NCBI GenBank assembly: GCA_044376115.1
Contig: JBILLK010000037.1
Coordinates: forward strand, 39,304-103,303
DNA length: 64,000 nt
Direction of reading: 5' to 3'
DNA from: Polyangiaceae bacterium
GTDB taxonomy: Bacteria; Myxococcota_A; Polyangia; Polyangiales; Polyangiaceae
In this document: positions 40,883 to 51,213 of the stretch, one piece after another
Layout: each line of letters starts with the position of its first letter
Position numbering within the stretch: the stretch's first letter is position 1
Position numbers and translations under genes: made by a program
Notes under the pieces: model-generated
What the model was told of the DNA's origin: nothing
Seen by the model: only the letters and a program-made list of their open reading frames with translations
Database searches by the model: none

Positions 40883-43135
40883 ATGGGTAGAACGACTCGC
40901 TGGCTCTCGGCTCTCGCCGTCCTGGTTTTGGCCTGCACCTCGCCGAAGACCGATCACGAGGCGGCTCGGCATTCCGAGGGGGGCGCCTCTGCGTCGGCGG
41001 TGCCGGTCGACCTGGCGGAGCCGGTCGAAGACCGGCAGGAGGCGGCCGAGCTGCAGGCCGCCTTCGTTACCGCGAAGGCTCGCGAGCAGGACCTCACCTT
41101 CGAGGCGCTCAGCGCCCGGCACAGCCCGCCGTTCTTGGCCAAGCACGGGCTCGAGGTAAGGAAGGCGGCGCATTACGAAGAGTTCGCCAAGGCCTTCGCG
41201 TTGTCCGACGCCGAGCGCGCGAAGCTCGATCAGCTCGGCTTCGTCGTGGTCCCGGCACGCAAACCCGGTGGCGCCGGCCCGGTCGACCTTTACTACCGCG
41301 TGTTCGCCGCGGACCTGCCGGTGTTCGTCAGCGCCGATTCGGTGCTCCACGCCTGGCATCGCAGCTACGACGCGATCCTCCAAGAGACCGAGCTGACCAC
41401 GATGTTCGATCGAATGGCCGGCTTGCTCGAGGCGATCGAGGGGGCCATCGACAAGAGCGAACCCGGCGCCGAGGACGCCCGCGTCTACGTGCAGGTCGCG
41501 CGGGCGCTGTTGCTCGAGGACTCGGAGCCAGCGCCGGCTCGCTCGAAGGAGGTCGCGACGCTGGTCGCCGCGGTGCGCGCGGAGCAGCGAGCGACCGTTC
41601 AGTTCATGGGCAACCCGGTCGATATCGACTTCTCGCAGTTCAAGCCGCGCGGTCACTACACCGCTTTCGAGCCGCTCGAACGTTACTTCCGCGCGATGAG
41701 CTGGCTTGGCCTCGTGGACCTGCGTTTGGTGGACGAGGTCGTGGACGTAAAACGCGAGGAGGCGGCGGCTCGCGCGTTGGTCTCGGCGCTATCGCGCAGC
41801 GGGCGCAAATCCGCCTACGAAGCCTTCGAGCGCTTCTATCGCGCGCATGTTGGGCGGCCCAACGCGCTCACGCCGGTCGATCTGGCGGAGATCTGCGAGC
41901 AGGCGGGAGCGCCAGGGTGCGCTGGCGCGAAGGCCGCGCAGGTCGAGCTCAAGCAGCATTACCTCGCGCAGGGTGCAGCTTCGTACGCGGGGGGCGTCAA
42001 CCAACAGACGGTCAGCCTGCGCTTGTTGCCCAAGCGCTTCGCCTACGATGCTTGGGTCACCGCCAAGCTGACCTCCCCGCGACTTCCGAGCGTTGTTTCC
42101 CGGGACCCTGAAACCGGCGTAACCAGCGTGAGCGCTCGCTTGATGGCCTCGCCTTTCGATGTAGCGTTTGCGCTCGGCTCGGAGCGGGCGCTGACGCAGT
42201 TGGAGGGGGAGGGCAGCAAGCCCTACGGTCGGTTCTTGAGCCAACATCTCGCGGCGACGCGCGCGACGATGCTCGAGCATTCCCCGGTCGAGCTCGATGC
42301 CACGCTGTACAACCGTTGGCTCGCCGGGCTGATGGCCGCCGCCAAGACCGACGTTCGCGAGGAGCTACCGCGCGTGATGCAGACCGCCGCGTGGCACGAT
42401 CACAAGCTCGAGACCGTGCTCGCGTCGTGGGCGGAGCTCCGCCACGACACGGTGCTGATGGTCGAGCAGTCGGGGGGTACGCTGGGCTGCCAATATCCAA
42501 AGGGCTATGTCGAACCAGTGCCCGAGCTTTACCTTCAGCTCGCGAAGGCCGCGTCCGAGCTCGCGGCGCTCTACGCCGATGAGAAAGACTCACCGCGCGC
42601 CCAGACGATCAAAGCCTGGTCCAAACACTATCGCGACGTGATGCAGCGGCTCGCGCGGCTCAGCGAGCAGCAGTTGCGTGGTGAACCGATGAACGCTGCG
42701 GACCTCGCGTTCATGAACCGCACCGTCGATCAACACGCCGTCAGCCCCTACCTCGGCGACCGCAGTTACGACGGTTGGTACCCAGCGCTCTTCTACAGCG
42801 CCGATTGGACGAACGAGTCTCGCGCGAAGGTGGGAACGCCGAGCGGGCCGCATCCGCACAACGAGGGCGGGGAGTCCGAGCCGATCGTCGTCGATGTGCA
42901 CACCGACACCGACCACAATCTCGCGCTGCAGGTCGCGACCGGCCATCCCGAGCTGATGATCGTGGCGATCGATCAGGGCGGCGACGTCTCGCTCTACGGT
43001 GGACCGGTTGCGAGCTTCTACAGCTTCGAGCAGCCGTCGAACGCCCGCATGACCGACCGCGAATGGAAGGCGGCGATTCGAAAACACGAGCTGCCGAGCA
43101 GGCCGGCGTTCGCTCGCAGCTACCGCGCGGAGTAG
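40883..43135 (+). CDS. DUF3160 family lipoprotein
   Basis: Lipobox VLAC, LPVFVSADSVLH, DFSQFKPRGHYT, YFRAMSW, LASWAELRHDT, GYVEP, GPVASFYSF, RMTDREW. Confidence 0.88.
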   Translation: MGRTTRWLSALAVLVLACTSPKTDHEAARHSEGGASASAVPVDLAEPVEDRQEAAELQAAFVTAKAREQDLTFEALSARHSPPFLAKHGLEVRKAAHYEEFAKAFALSDAERAKLDQLGFVVVPARKPGGAGPVDLYYRVFAADLPVFVSADSVLHAWHRSYDAILQETELTTMFDRMAGLLEAIEGAIDKSEPGAEDARVYVQVARALLLEDSEPAPARSKEVATLVAAVRAEQRATVQFMGNPVDIDFSQFKPRGHYTAFEPLERYFRAMSWLGLVDLRLVDEVVDVKREEAAARALVSALSRSGRKSAYEAFERFYRAHVGRPNALTPVDLAEICEQAGAPGCAGAKAAQVELKQHYLAQGAASYAGGVNQQTVSLRLLPKRFAYDAWVTAKLTSPRLPSVVSRDPETGVTSVSARLMASPFDVAFALGSERALTQLEGEGSKPYGRFLSQHLAATRATMLEHSPVELDATLYNRWLAGLMAAAKTDVREELPRVMQTAAWHDHKLETVLASWAELRHDTVLMVEQSGGTLGCQYPKGYVEPVPELYLQLAKAASELAALYADEKDSPRAQTIKAWSKHYRDVMQRLARLSEQQLRGEPMNAADLAFMNRTVDQHAVSPYLGDRSYDGWYPALFYSADWTNESRAKVGTPSGPHPHNEGGESEPIVVDVHTDTDHNLALQVATGHPELMIVAIDQGGDVSLYGGPVASFYSFEQPSNARMTDREWKAAIRKHELPSRPAFARSYRAE

Positions 43136-43209
43136 CGGCTGTTCCAGCGCGCCGCGATTGCTCTCCGCGCCGATGGACGCGTCGAGGGCGATCCTCTATC
43201 GACGGTTCG

Positions 43210-44469
43210 GTGAAGCGTTTGCGCGTCTCAATCTCGGTCTACGCAGCTCTTGGGCTCATCGCTTGCTCCACGTCCGCTGAGCCGCCGCGTGGTGCGTCGC
43301 CGACGCACCCGCTTACTGCTCCCGTGTCCTCGGTTGAGCTTTCCGCCGAACCCTCCGCCTCGAGCGCTTCGCTTTCGTCAGCGACTCCGCGCCCAACCCT
43401 CGCGCGTGCTTCGCGCTCGCTCGTGCCTCCGACGGCGACCGAGAAGTCCGTTCTTCAGGAGGAGCATCTGGCCCGCGTAGCGGATCGCGTGCGCATCGCG
43501 ACGCGCGGATGGGTGAGGCTTACGCTCGACGGACCGGACGTCGGGACACGAGAAATGGCAGCGTGGAACGGCGTTTCGGCAGATGCGCCGGTGCTCATCG
43601 ACGGCGACACGCGCGTGCGAGCTGCGGTCGGCGTCTTCCAGCTCAACCAGGAGGACGTTGCGAAGGACCGTGCTCTGGAGGAGCAAAGAAGGGCGGGACT
43701 GGCTATCGCCCATCCGGTCAAGATCGAGGAAACCTTTCGCCTGCTGGTGTGGCTCAGTCACGTGGACCTCGAGCTCGTGTTGCGTGAAGACGTCGAGCTG
43801 CGTCCCGCGAAGCAAGGGGCCTCCCCAGCAAAGGGCTGGGACGCTGGGATCTTCCTCAAAGCCGGGACCGAGTTTTTCCTTGGGGAGCAGGAAGGCTGGG
43901 AGCGCGCGATTGAAGTGATGGTTGCGGGCCAGCGGTTATCAGGGTGGGTGGATCGCGACGCGATTTATCGAATCATCGATCATCGCAGCGACGTGAAGCT
44001 CCAACCCGCCATCTTCTTCAAGAGCCAGATCCTCAAGGGACCACTGTTCAGCCATCCGAGGGGAAAGAAGCTGTTGTCCCTCGACGGCGCTCGCGTGGGC
44101 CTGCTCGATAGTGAGGGGCCCTGGTCGCGCGTGCGATTCGAGTCATTCGATGTGACGGTGGTCGGCTGGGCACGCACGCGCGATCTTAGCGATCCCAGCG
44201 ATCACTATCTCGGCGGGCTAAGCACGCGCGGCTCCTCCGGGGGCGACTTCGCCGAGGCGTTCGATGAACGAGCCACGTTGCCTCGACAGCTCGTACCGAA
44301 GGGCACGCTGCTTCGCGATCCAACCTCCGCGGCAGTCGTTGGCGTCGCGCGAATGGACGCGCAACTGGCGCGCGACGCCGAAGGTCGCCTTTGGGCGCCC
44401 AGCCCGTGGGGACCAATCGAGGTGGCCGTCTATGCGAAGGACAGCCTGTCGCTCGAGCCGGTTCGCTGA
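43210..44469 (+). CDS. Hypothetical lipoprotein with SH3b-like segments
   Basis: GTG start, lipobox LIAC; segments EQEGWERAIEV..LSGWVD and DSEGPWSRVRF..VVGWAR. Confidence 0.65.
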   Translation: MKRLRVSISVYAALGLIACSTSAEPPRGASPTHPLTAPVSSVELSAEPSASSASLSSATPRPTLARASRSLVPPTATEKSVLQEEHLARVADRVRIATRGWVRLTLDGPDVGTREMAAWNGVSADAPVLIDGDTRVRAAVGVFQLNQEDVAKDRALEEQRRAGLAIAHPVKIEETFRLLVWLSHVDLELVLREDVELRPAKQGASPAKGWDAGIFLKAGTEFFLGEQEGWERAIEVMVAGQRLSGWVDRDAIYRIIDHRSDVKLQPAIFFKSQILKGPLFSHPRGKKLLSLDGARVGLLDSEGPWSRVRFESFDVTVVGWARTRDLSDPSDHYLGGLSTRGSSGGDFAEAFDERATLPRQLVPKGTLLRDPTSAAVVGVARMDAQLARDAEGRLWAPSPWGPIEVAVYAKDSLSLEPVR

Positions 44470-44477
44470 GGGCGCCC

Positions 44478-44502
44478 ATGCGGCCCGAGGCGCTCGGGCC
44501 GT
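44478..44502. terminator. Hairpin between convergent genes
   Basis: TGCGGCCCGAG-GCG-CTCGGGCCGTA. Confidence 0.5.
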
Positions 44503-44515
44503 AGGGGCAGCTGAG

Positions 44516-45013
44516 TCAGTCGAGCGTCGGCGCGGACACCTCGACGTAGTCGATCGTGACGCCGCGCTCTTCGAGTTCTCTCAATAGCAGCTCGAAGCCT
44601 AGCGCCGATTCGGGGACCCGAGCTCGCTCCTTATGATCGGGTCCGAGCAGGCCGATGGCGGCCTCCACCATCGTCGATGCCGTCCAGTTGGCGTTTCGGG
44701 CGAAACGGGCGCGCGTGACCTGGACCCAGGGGACGCTCCTCTTCGTGTCTCCTCGAACGACGACGACCGCGGCGTCCGTGAGCTGCACGGAGTTCGGGGT
44801 GCTGCTCCTGACAGCAAGGCCTTGCCGGCGCGCTATGAGCATCCACGGGATGAACACCAAAGGAACGAGCAGGGGCACGACGGAAACGGCGGTGATCAGG
44901 ACCGTGCCCACCCACCGCGGAACGTCCTCGCTGCGAACGACGAAAAGCAGAAGCGCAGAGCCGAGCACGATGACCGCCACTTCGACCCATGAGGTGCCCG
45001 CTCCTTTCGACAC
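44516..45013 (-). CDS. Hypothetical membrane protein (two TM helices plus bacterial PH-like domain)
   Basis: Two hydrophobic helices followed by a beta-rich RSVPWVQV domain. Confidence 0.6.
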   Translation of the reverse strand: MSKGAGTSWVEVAVIVLGSALLLFVVRSEDVPRWVGTVLITAVSVVPLLVPLVFIPWMLIARRQGLAVRSSTPNSVQLTDAAVVVVRGDTKRSVPWVQVTRARFARNANWTASTMVEAAIGLLGPDHKERARVPESALGFELLLRELEERGVTIDYVEVSAPTLD

Positions 45014-45049
45014 GTTGACGGTCTAGGGGCGAGGTCTCGTCAGCGCAAG

Positions 45050-45425
45050 TCAGGGCCACGCGGCGCTGACGTCGGACCGCGGCGGGACTCCCGATCGCTA
45101 GCGTCGCGCAAGAGATCGTAAAGCTGCGCGTCTCTTTGAGTGCCTTGAAGTAGGCGGCTTCTTGAGCGAGCAGAACACAACCCATTTCGGTGGCGGCCAC
45201 AAATTCGAAGACGAGCTCGGCTCCGGTTTGTTTTGCCGTGGTCCAGAAGCCGTTGCAGCCTCCAGAGCCGCGCACAGCATCGCCCTTGAACGAAATGTTG
45301 AAACGTTTCTTATCTACGATTGCGGTTCCTTCGAGTGGACAAGTTTAGGACGTGCCACAGGCAAATCGAAGAGCACGCCCAACAGAATGTACGTCGGCCG
45401 CAGCGTCGGCCACAGCGTCGTTCAC
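45050..45425 (-). pseudogene. Degenerate META (HslJ-like) domain gene
   Basis: Frame reads ISFKGDAVRGSGGCNGFW..GAELVFEFVAATEMGC.LLAQEAAYFKALKETRSF (META consensus), with an in-frame TAA at 45345-45347 and no stop before the next gene. Boundaries approximate. Confidence 0.6.
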
Positions 45426-46198
45426 AGCGATTGGACACTAAAGTCGTCGAAGTTGGAGAGTGAGTTGACGTGGGTCCAAATCCCCACGCGACCTTCCTCG
45501 AGAATCGTTGCATCCTTGGCGCTGACCATGCGGCGCCCGTCCCACGAGACCACCAGCTCGTCGCCGTTTACCTCGAGTTCGAGCTGGTGCCACAAGCTCG
45601 AGACCGGATCGATATTCGAACTACCAAGCTGTTTGCGTTGGCCGTTACTCACGAGGGTGAGCGTCACGGTCTGGTCATACGCGTTCGCGAGGGCCACAAC
45701 GTGGTTCCGCGCATCCTTGAAGCGCGTCACCACGCCGCATACGCCGGTCGGGTTGGGCAGCAGTTTTACCGTATTGTGTCGGCGCGCTTCCAAGGTGCAA
45801 TAAACAGAAGTGCGCACGTTTCTTCGTGGCTCGCTCAAAAGACCTGTGAAGCGAGCGTCCTGGTCGTGCGCATCCGCGACGTAAAGAACGCGGCCTGGTG
45901 AGTGGGCAAACTGGTGACCGCTGACCGACCAAGCGCTGGGCTCGCCAGCCACCGTAAAGACCTCGAGCCCAGGTGGTATTCGTCCCCCCTCGCCCTCCTC
46001 GAAGGACCACGTCTGCGCGTTCGGGCGATCGGCGGTCGTTGACCCCGTACCGACGAGGTCCGGTGTTGTTGCGCGCACACCAACAGCCGCCGAGGGGCGC
46101 GCGCTTTCGTTCGGACCGGAGACTGGGTCGCTGCAGGCGATCGAGAGCGAAACGATCCCAAGCCGGTTCAACAGATTCAAAGCGGCACGCCTACCCAC
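45422..46198 (-). CDS. Hypothetical lipoprotein with ConA-like beta-sandwich (DUF1080-like)
   Basis: Lipobox SIAC; WHQLELEVNGDELVVSWDG, EGRVGIWT, FDDFSV. Confidence 0.7.
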   Translation of the reverse strand: MGRRAALNLLNRLGIVSLSIACSDPVSGPNESARPSAAVGVRATTPDLVGTGSTTADRPNAQTWSFEEGEGGRIPPGLEVFTVAGEPSAWSVSGHQFAHSPGRVLYVADAHDQDARFTGLLSEPRRNVRTSVYCTLEARRHNTVKLLPNPTGVCGVVTRFKDARNHVVALANAYDQTVTLTLVSNGQRKQLGSSNIDPVSSLWHQLELEVNGDELVVSWDGRRMVSAKDATILEEGRVGIWTHVNSLSNFDDFSVQSL

Positions 46199-46267
46199 GT
46201 CTCATAGTACCTCGATACAGGAGAATCGAGCGATTGTGCCCGTCGGAGCAGGGAGATTGCTTGGGCG

Positions 46268-49200
46268 CTAGCCGAGCAGCGCGCGCAGGTCCTCGGCGCT
46301 GAGGCTCGCCGCTTGCTCGGCGCCGCTGAGCACGCTCTCGGCGAGATCGCGTTTCTTGTGGTGGAGCTCGACGATGGCGGCTTCGATCGTACCGGCGGTA
46401 ACGAGGCGATAGACCGTGACTGGCCGGGTTTGGCCGATGCGATGGGCGCGGTCGGAGGCTTGGGCTTCCACCGCGGGGTTCCACCACGGGTCGACGTGGA
46501 TCACGTAGTCGGCGCCGGTCAGATTGAGGCCGAAGCCACCTGCCTTCAGGCTGATCAGGAAGACATCGCCGTCACCATCTTGGAAGGCGTCCACAGCGGC
46601 TGAGCGCTTCTTCATCGAGCTCGAGCCGTCGAGCGATTGATAGCGAATGCCTTTCTTTTCCAGCAGCGGCTTGATCAACGCGAGCACGTCGGTGAACTGG
46701 CTGAAGATCAGCGCACGGTGTTTGGAGGCAACCAGCTCTTCCACCAGCTCGAGCAGACTTTCGAGCTTGGAGCTGGTCAGCCCGGCCTCCGGCGCGACAA
46801 GTTCAGGATGGCAACACAGCCTGCGTAGCCGCGTTAGCTCGGCTAACACCTGGACCTTCGCTTGCGGCGACTTCCCGACCGACGAGAGCTTCTCGAAGGC
46901 TGCCTTGCGCACCGACTCGTACAGCTTCGCCTCGCCCGGCGTCATCAGCACGGTGCGCTGGATCTCGGTAAGCGGCGGCAGATCCTCGAGCACCTGGGTC
47001 TTGGTTCGGCGCAAGACGAAGGGCTGCAACAGCCGCCGTGCGCTGCGGCTGGCGCTCGATCGCGGCTCGTTCATCGCGGCGGAGAAGCTCTTCCATGAGC
47101 CCAATAGGCCCGGGTTCAAAAAATGGAACAGACTGAAGATGTCGCCAGCGTGATTCTCTACCGGCGTACCGGTGGCGATGATGCGCGCCTTGGCCTTGAG
47201 CCCAAAGGCCGCTTTGGCTCGCAGTGTGTCGGCGTTCTTGATCAGTTGCCCTTCATCGAGCACCGCCGTCGACCACTCGATGGCTTGCAGCGCTGCATCG
47301 TCTTGCTGCAACAGCGCGTAGCTCGTGATCACGACGGCTCGTTTGCCGAGCACCTCCAGCGCTTGTTCGCGGCTGCTGCCCCAATAGCTGTGCACCGAGA
47401 GGGAGGGAGCAAAGCGTTCGAGCTCGCGGCGCCAGTTCTCACACACCGAGGTCGGGGCCACGATCAACGCCGGGCCGCTGGCCGCCCGATGCAGTAGCAG
47501 GGCGATCAGTTGCACGGTCTTTCCGAGCCCCATGTCGTCGGCGAGGCAAGCGCCGAGCTCGAGATCGGCCAGCCGTGCCAGCCAACGAAATCCGTCGAGT
47601 TGATAGGCGCGCAGCTCGCCTTGGAAGGTCTTCGGTAGCTTGACGGTCTTGTTCCAAACCGTGTCCAGGCGTTCGCGCCAGCCGCGCGCCGTGGCATCGA
47701 GCGCGAGACCCTCGAAGCGTGAGGTCAGCTCGTCGAGCACCGAGAGCGCGGCCGCCGGCAGTTGCAGTGCACGGCTCTTACCCGAGTGAACGCTGCTCGC
47801 GGCTGCGATGCCGCCCAAGACCTCGCGCAGCTCCTGTTCGAGCTCGACATAGTCGCCGCTCGCGAGCTGCACGAAGCGGCCGGGATGAAGCGCGCAAAGC
47901 TCGAGCATCTGCGCAAGCTCGAGCGATAGCTCCGAGTCGATCGCCGCTGCTGCTTGCACGCTGAAGACGCCTTGCGAAAATCCGATGTTGCCTCGAAGAG
48001 CCGTGCGACCCAGCTTGGCGCGAACCCGCAACGGTGAGCCTTGCGGCCACTCGACCAACACCGCGTCGCCCAGCGCGTTCAAGGCTGCGACCAACTCGAG
48101 ACAGCGTTCCGGCTCTGCAATGAACCAGCGGTTCGGCCCGGTCTCGGCGCCCTCGAGCGGTACGCACGCGCGGACCACGCGCTCGGCTTGTTGCAGCTCG
48201 AGCTGGAGGTCGCGCGTCACTTGCACGGTGTCGCTTGCGACCCGGCCGGTCAGCCGAGGCGCGCCTGCGCCGGGCGCAACAGCGAGGCCCGCCGCGCCGA
48301 GCGGACGCACCACCAGCGAGATCGACAAGCCGCCTTGGGAGGGCGTAAGGCGAAGCCACGGCGTGGGGTTTGCGTCCGCCTGCACGGCGTTTGTTGCAGC
48401 AGCCTGCTCGGTCGATTGAATGGCCACGAAGGGCGCCAGACGCTCGAGCGAATGAAGGGCGCGCTGTTTGCCGGCGGCCGGAATTTTGAGGGGCGAGTCG
48501 AGGATCGCGTTGATGCTCTTCAGCTCGTCGCTCACGTCGTACACCACGAGCTTGCCGCCCTGGTTGTGTATGTTGATTCCGGCGACCAGCCGCTCCGGCC
48601 GCAGGTTGGCGATCACCCCGTCGCCTTCGGCCTCAATCACGATCGTGGGCTGGCCAAGTACGACCTCGATCGGCGTCTCGTGGTCATCGAGGTAAACCCG
48701 CGGGTGACCGACGAGCGCGCGCCAGGCAGCCAGCGCGATCGTGTGTTGAACCGAGGGGTAGTAGCCACCACCGCCGCGCGACTCGCGCGCGAAGGCGGCG
48801 ACCTTTTGATCTTCGGGCGGCAGTCCCTCGAGCAGGGCGCTCGGTGCGATCAGGTTCTTGATCGCCAGGCGTCGGCCCGCGCTCCACGCGCCTTGCTTCG
48901 CCCGCTTTTGCAGCATCGGCTCGATCGAGCCGCTCCAAGCGGCGACGCGCCACACGATGCGCTCAGCCCCCGCGCGCTCGTTCGTTTCAGGTGTGTTGCT
49001 GACGCTGTTCGCAAGTTGGTCGAGCCGGTCGAGGCTGAGCTCCCAGGCTGGGCGAACGACGAGCGACTCCAGCAGCGAAGGACCGAAGTGAGGCTTGAGC
49101 GGCTCTATCGTTGGTCTGCTACCTGGCAATCCAAAGCCGAACAGCTCCAAGTGCTTGGAGTTTTGCTCGACCGCTGCGGATGCCAGCTCCAATTGCTCGG

Positions 49201-50347
49201 CGATCCACAGATAGTCTCGGTGTTGCGCAATGGTTGAGCGGTCGCTCAACGTCCTGATTAGGTGATGCGTGTGTTGCCCGTCATACGGCGGTTCGCCCAA
49301 GTGCATGGTCAACCACAAGGGCGTGAGCGTGTCGCCGGTAACGCCCTTCGCAAACTTGATCGCTTGGAGATCCTTGGCCGTGCCGCCCGCCATGATGGAT
49401 TGAGCGACCTTGAAGGTCTGTTGCATGGGGCTCTGGGCCCTGCCGCCGAGGGCGACCAGCGCGCTCAGGCGTTCGTTCGATTGGGGCCGCATTCGAACCG
49501 CGAGCCAATACAAAAGCGAAAGTACGCCTAGGTGATCGTCGCGAAGAAACGCGATCGGCTCCGCTATGAGCGCCTGCGCCTCCGACCAGCGCCCCTCGAT
49601 CAGGGCAAGCGCGATGCGTAGCAAACGGTGCAGCGCAAGCGCGCGCGGTGCCTCGAGCAAGGCGCGCAGCAGCGCGAGATCGCCGCGTAGCACAGCGGCG
49701 CCGGCCAACGCGGAGAGCGCCTTCGGCGGCAACGGCTCGAACGCTGGCCCGAGTGAAGCCGCCCACGGGTAAAGGCTGCAGTCGTCCACGAAGGTCTGCT
49801 CGACGCAGGTTAGCGCAGCCTCGAGCAGCCGCTCGCGTAGCCCAACCTCCAAGCGGCTGAGCCACTGCGCGTCGATCGGCTCGAGCAGGTTCAGGGCGAG
49901 CGTATTGCCCTGCTGCGAGCCGCCTTTGCGGAACTCCACGAAGCGCTGCTCGGCGTCGGGTCGACGCGACAGGATCGCCGCCGTTACGTCGGTCATTAGG
50001 TCGCGTGAACAGGCTTGCACGAGCTTCGCGAAGGTCGCTTGATCGGCCGCGTCACGCAGCACCAGCGTGCGTACCATAGGCGGGCAGATGAGGCCGCGAA
50101 AGGAGCCTTGGAGGAACAGCGCGCGCTTCTCGAGCGATGCGACCGACTTCAGGAACGTTGCATGAACCATGAGCTGGGACGCGTCGTCGCGCAGGCCCGC
50201 GAACACGGCCAGGCGCTCCCAGTCGCTTCGACTCGTCTCCCCGCGGAGCGCAAGCACCGCAAGCAGGCTGCGTTCGCTCGGGGTACAGAGCGCAAGCTTA
50301 GCCGGCCAGCGTTGCCCTGCGTCCGGCGCATCGATCAAGAAGGGCAT
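46268..50347 (-). CDS. SNF2-family (SWI/SNF-like) helicase/ATPase
   Basis: LRAYQLDG, LADDMGLGKT, LDEGQLIKN, TGTPVEN, LIFSQF, AGGFGLNLTGA, DPWWNP, QASDRAHRIGQ. Confidence 0.95.
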   Translation of the reverse strand: MPFLIDAPDAGQRWPAKLALCTPSERSLLAVLALRGETSRSDWERLAVFAGLRDDASQLMVHATFLKSVASLEKRALFLQGSFRGLICPPMVRTLVLRDAADQATFAKLVQACSRDLMTDVTAAILSRRPDAEQRFVEFRKGGSQQGNTLALNLLEPIDAQWLSRLEVGLRERLLEAALTCVEQTFVDDCSLYPWAASLGPAFEPLPPKALSALAGAAVLRGDLALLRALLEAPRALALHRLLRIALALIEGRWSEAQALIAEPIAFLRDDHLGVLSLLYWLAVRMRPQSNERLSALVALGGRAQSPMQQTFKVAQSIMAGGTAKDLQAIKFAKGVTGDTLTPLWLTMHLGEPPYDGQHTHHLIRTLSDRSTIAQHRDYLWIAEQLELASAAVEQNSKHLELFGFGLPGSRPTIEPLKPHFGPSLLESLVVRPAWELSLDRLDQLANSVSNTPETNERAGAERIVWRVAAWSGSIEPMLQKRAKQGAWSAGRRLAIKNLIAPSALLEGLPPEDQKVAAFARESRGGGGYYPSVQHTIALAAWRALVGHPRVYLDDHETPIEVVLGQPTIVIEAEGDGVIANLRPERLVAGINIHNQGGKLVVYDVSDELKSINAILDSPLKIPAAGKQRALHSLERLAPFVAIQSTEQAAATNAVQADANPTPWLRLTPSQGGLSISLVVRPLGAAGLAVAPGAGAPRLTGRVASDTVQVTRDLQLELQQAERVVRACVPLEGAETGPNRWFIAEPERCLELVAALNALGDAVLVEWPQGSPLRVRAKLGRTALRGNIGFSQGVFSVQAAAAIDSELSLELAQMLELCALHPGRFVQLASGDYVELEQELREVLGGIAAASSVHSGKSRALQLPAAALSVLDELTSRFEGLALDATARGWRERLDTVWNKTVKLPKTFQGELRAYQLDGFRWLARLADLELGACLADDMGLGKTVQLIALLLHRAASGPALIVAPTSVCENWRRELERFAPSLSVHSYWGSSREQALEVLGKRAVVITSYALLQQDDAALQAIEWSTAVLDEGQLIKNADTLRAKAAFGLKAKARIIATGTPVENHAGDIFSLFHFLNPGLLGSWKSFSAAMNEPRSSASRSARRLLQPFVLRRTKTQVLEDLPPLTEIQRTVLMTPGEAKLYESVRKAAFEKLSSVGKSPQAKVQVLAELTRLRRLCCHPELVAPEAGLTSSKLESLLELVEELVASKHRALIFSQFTDVLALIKPLLEKKGIRYQSLDGSSSMKKRSAAVDAFQDGDGDVFLISLKAGGFGLNLTGADYVIHVDPWWNPAVEAQASDRAHRIGQTRPVTVYRLVTAGTIEAAIVELHHKKRDLAESVLSGAEQAASLSAEDLRALLG

Positions 50348-50724
50348 GATTGTCGGGTATGCGGAAGCCCAACGCGAGGCAACGGGCTTCGGTTTGCCCT
50401 CAAACGCGAACGACCGCCATTTCGATGGTGACGAAGGCTATTGTGAGCGGTTCAACCGCCTTTTGAGGCGTGCTGGGCCTATAGAGTGGCGGTCGAATCG
50501 CTGATTTATAGCCTTAGGCGCCAAGGAAAGGTGCCTTGTCCGCTTTAAGATCGGCAAAAGAGCGATAGTAGAGGCGATAGAGACGCATTTAGGCGGTAAC
50601 GGTAGTCGATCAATAGCGGATGAACCGCTATCCATGGCCGGACAACCCTGCGGAAAAGCTATCCAATTGCTAATACGTGGCGACATCGGCTGTAAAAAGG
50701 CGGGGAGACCGCTATTGTCAAGCG

Positions 50725-51162
50725 ATGGCGACTTCGCTTGGCCGGGCCATTCGCAGCACCCGCACCGCTTGTGGCTTGACGCAGGATCAGCTGGGGAGCC
50801 GCATGGGGTTGCGTGGCAAAGGTCAGGCGATCTTTCGTTGGGAGGGCGGGGCGATCACGCCGCGGCGCCGCAACCTCGACAACCTGATCGCTGTGTTCAA
50901 AGCGGCCAATCCGCAAGCCGCCGCGGCCTTCGTCGAGCTGGTGCGCCCTTCTAAACCGGCCGCACCTCCGCCGGCACCGGCGCCGCTCACCGGCGCTGCG
51001 GCGCTCGAGCGCGCGGTCTACCTCGCCGCGGACGAGCTTGATTTGCCGGCGCGCAAAGTCCGTGCAGCGCTGCTGCGCTTGGTCAAACGGCTGCGCGCAG
51101 GCCAAGTAACGCTGGAGCAATCCCAGCCGCTGCTCGAGGCTTGGGTCACCGAGGCCTCGTGA
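50725..51162 (+). CDS. XRE family helix-turn-helix transcriptional regulator
   Basis: IRSTRTACGLTQDQLGSRMG..QAIFRWEGG..TP. Confidence 0.85.
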   Translation: MATSLGRAIRSTRTACGLTQDQLGSRMGLRGKGQAIFRWEGGAITPRRRNLDNLIAVFKAANPQAAAAFVELVRPSKPAAPPPAPAPLTGAAALERAVYLAADELDLPARKVRAALLRLVKRLRAGQVTLEQSQPLLEAWVTEAS

Positions 51163-51213
51163 GTTCGGCGGAGGGCGTTGCCGCTGAGCACGATCGCTGC
51201 TCACCTCGTCCCA

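Noticed and set aside
42775..43209. 5' extension of ORF 42775-44469
   Set aside because: Overlaps the DUF3160 gene; the lipoprotein signal begins at GTG 43210.
46268..50347. SNF2 helicase as part of a known defence system (DISARM, Zorya, BREX-like)
   Set aside because: No methylase, nuclease or other cognate genes adjacent; stand-alone SNF2 proteins are common.
50438..50686. 82-aa minus-strand ORF in the SNF2-XRE gap
   Set aside because: Atypical codon usage and no motif; the region is better explained as regulatory.
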